From: Catajapyx aquilonaris
Lineage: Eukaryota
Direction of reading: 5' to 3'
Assembly: GCA_000934665.2 (NCBI GenBank)
Contig: JYFJ02004127.1
Coordinates: 1-34,561, forward strand
Length of the DNA stretch: 34,561 nucleotides
Part shown: positions 34,462 to 34,561 of the stretch, in pieces
How positions within the stretch are numbered: position 1 is the stretch's first letter
Layout of the letters: every line of letters starts with the position of its first letter
Program-made: the position numbers and the translations under genes
Notes under the pieces: model-generated
What the model was told of the DNA's origin: nothing
The model's database searches: none
Seen by the model: only the letters and a program-made list of their open reading frames with translations

Positions 34462-34561
34462 TGTTGTGCCGGTCAATGACCTCTACTACCACCTTCCCCC
34501 TCCTAATTAGCGACTTCCTGTTCTCTCCCTCGGTCTACACTCCCCTCGCTTCCTGCTCCCA
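34462..34561. mobile_element. Edge of an insertion, possibly an LTR terminus
   Basis: Abrupt switch to non-Gr, C-rich sequence beginning TGTTGTG; TG(T) ends are typical of LTRs. Only 100 nt are visible. Confidence 0.4.

Noticed and set aside
2443..34510. Recurring antisense and alternate-frame ORFs (e.g. FPGPRTRSDSSKGGQDGQWSER, VQTTVHLGHLWRNRSLS, MSDSGRHEQHLR, MLLMSSTIRQR)
   Set aside because: Shadows of conserved Gr exons in other frames; starts and lengths vary between copies.
1..34561. Assignment to named Drosophila Grs (Gr28, Gr43a, sugar or CO2 receptors) or to a species
   Set aside because: Only generic family motifs are recognisable; orthology and taxon need database searches.

Overview
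Eukaryotic (almost certainly insect) genomic DNA occupied by a dense tandem array of gustatory-receptor-type (insect Gr / 7tm_7) chemoreceptor genes. Each copy has a ~0.95-1 kb first coding exon followed by exons of 69, 90 and 60-75 nt, separated by three phase-0 GT-AG introns, and ends in the TYhhhhhQF motif. I count 14 copies plus relics: 7 apparently intact (about 388-408 aa), 1 divergent plus-strand copy with a replaced C-terminus, 3 full-length pseudogenes, 1 internally deleted chimera, 1 frameshifted 3' part at the left edge and 1 interrupted copy at the right edge. Intergenic DNA holds a conserved probable 5'-UTR exon with splice donor, an unexplained ~200-bp element present about 8 times on both strands, TIR elements, a TSD-flanked retroposon stub, a SINE remnant, twin long palindromes and repeated TA-duplication scars. 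Most other ORFs in the track are shadow frames of Gr exons. Labels GrA-GrN are mine. Ligands, species and orthology cannot be determined from this sequence, and all gene models were made by eye. I found no clearly new biological system beyond a rapidly turning-over receptor array.
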